Assembly: GCF_006345805.1 (NCBI RefSeq)
Contig: NC_043016.1
Coordinates: 22,320,001-22,384,000 of the forward strand
DNA from: Octopus sinensis
Lineage: Eukaryota
Reading direction: 5' to 3'
DNA: 64,000 nucleotides
Under the pieces are notes generated by a model. The model worked only from the letters and a program-made list of their open reading frames with translations, was not told the DNA's origin and did no database searches. A program made the translations under genes and the position numbers. Positions 62,340 to 64,000 of this stretch are shown here, piece after piece. The stretch's first letter is position 1; the number at the start of each line of letters is the position of its first letter.

Positions 62340-63215
62340 GAGTAACTATAGACCTTTGGTCTTAAACACAGAACTTCTGGCTGGAAACTAGGAATAATAA
62401 TGAGATCCTTCATTCCCACTCTGCCAAACCCATGGTCAACAAGAATACAGCTATTGCAGACAACATCAAGTTCAATATCCTCATATTGGACTTGGTAAGA
62501 GTGATGAGAAATGTGTCCTGTATGTGCAACCCAACAGAATTAGAAAGACACATACAACACTTCATTCACCACATGCAGTTCTCCGGTTACAGCCAAAGGG
62601 GATAAAGGAGCCATGGCTAAGTACAAGACCGTCAAAGAGAATGATGCAAAAGAGATATGTCTGCTATACAGGAGTAAATAAGGCCAACTCATGGTATGAC
62701 AAGAAAAAATACCAGTGTGTCATGTTTGTTGATGGTAGCGAACTAACATGTCTTTTTAGGAAAAAACCTTAGATAAGATGAATCTACAGGTTAAGGTACT
62801 AGAAAGTACAGGAACTCTCACAAAATCTCTGATTTGTAGAACATATCCATTTGAAAGGGACCCATGTACAGATAACTGTATACTATGTAGGATGAACCAC
62901 AGGTAAATTGTAAGATTAGGAATGTAGCATACAGTACTGAGGGATGATGCAGAAACAGGACAACAGCATACATTGGGGAGACAGCACATGGCATAGGTGA
63001 ACACTAGCAGGAGCTCAAAGAGAAGAGCTTGTCAGTTCTCTACCAACATGCTCAATTACAACATAGATAACTTAGGTTTTGGTCAGTATAGGCTCAGACT
63101 TGGTTAATAACATAGATGTTAAGATATTATCAACGCAGAACAGACATGCCACTACAGAGGCCACACACATAGTAATAGATAGACCGAGTGTCAACAGAAA
63201 ACATGAATGGAATAG
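62340..63215 (+). mobile_element. Neptune-type Penelope-like element, decayed (RT thumb, Cys linker, GIY-YIG)
   Basis: ILHSHSAKPM, KFNILILDLVRVMRNVS, HIQHFIHHMQFSGYS, ANSWYDKKKYQCVMFVD, YPFERDPC, YIGETA and EATHI..RPSVNRKHEW; homologous to 1997-2595. Confidence 0.75.
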
Positions 63216-64000
63216 CACTCCATTACACATGATGATTAAAGACAGAATGAGATAAGAAAAAAAGAAAGATACAAACAATATAATACATAAACTCATACAA
63301 ACATAAGACACACATACACATAAGATGGAATGAGAAAAATAAATAACTAAAATTAAAAAAAACCCCAACTAAATAAAAGACATGGGTACAGTGTAGTAAG
63401 CAAATCCATATACATATATACAACACATTGACACACACACACAGATATAGATGCAAATGCTTGAATGGACTAAACAGAACAAAAGGAGACAAGAAGGATG
63501 GGGAATTGCTGAAGAGGACATAGGTGAAAGATTTGTATATAAATGTATATAGTGTGTGTGGTTAATTGGCAAAAGAATATGGCCATTCCCAAATATAACA
63601 ATATATATTTTGTGTATACATATACATAAGTTTTTTCATGCAAGCATGGGTTAGGCAAATATACTATTGAGATATTTTACAGCTGGATACCCTTTCTGTT
63701 GCTAATCTTTACCTCTTTTATTTCATGTCTTTGTTGATAGGGAAAATGGCAAAATCACCTCTTGTAGCATGGTGATTTTTGGAGAAGCACAAATGTAAAC
63801 ACACACACACAGACAATAGACTTCTTTCATTCTGTTTATTATAATTCTGGGCCACTTAAAAGTTGGCCCAGGGTTATAATGAAACTGAACCCACGTGGTT
63901 GCAAAGAGAACTATTAAACCACACAGACAAATGATGCACACACACATATACATCTTGATGAAATGTTATTATTAGTGAGAGTGAAATAAAAAAAAAAAAT

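Overview
AT-rich, microsatellite-dense metazoan genomic DNA; the SINE/RTE repeat content suggests an octopod cephalopod (inference). One protein-coding gene is supported: an 11-coding-exon, + strand TRIM-NHL gene (CDS 19716-47174, about 907 aa; RING, two B-boxes, coiled coil, S/T/N-rich linker, NHL propeller). Its NHL sequence and intact RING identify it as a mei-P26/nhl-2 orthologue rather than brat. A probable promoter and non-coding first exon lie at about 11.5-12.5 kb, and a very long 3' UTR is possible. The rest is transposon-derived: RTE LINEs (one young copy with a PHD finger inside the RT), Penelope-like elements (PLEs) of two types, a Helitron helicase relic, mariner derivatives, a CR1 relic, tRNA-derived SINEs and several fold-back MITEs. 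The most interesting signal is a pair of small non-coding, terminally redundant elements (about 354-nt and 385-398-nt units). Each carries an intact minimal type I hammerhead ribozyme with a palindromic helix III (1352-1393, +; 25690-25724, -), and a decayed third copy lies at 4556-4593. They look like Penelope pseudo-LTR or retrozyme-like RNA mobile elements whose 3' ends abut (TA)n microsatellites. All calls are by eye; no database searches or folding computations were run.
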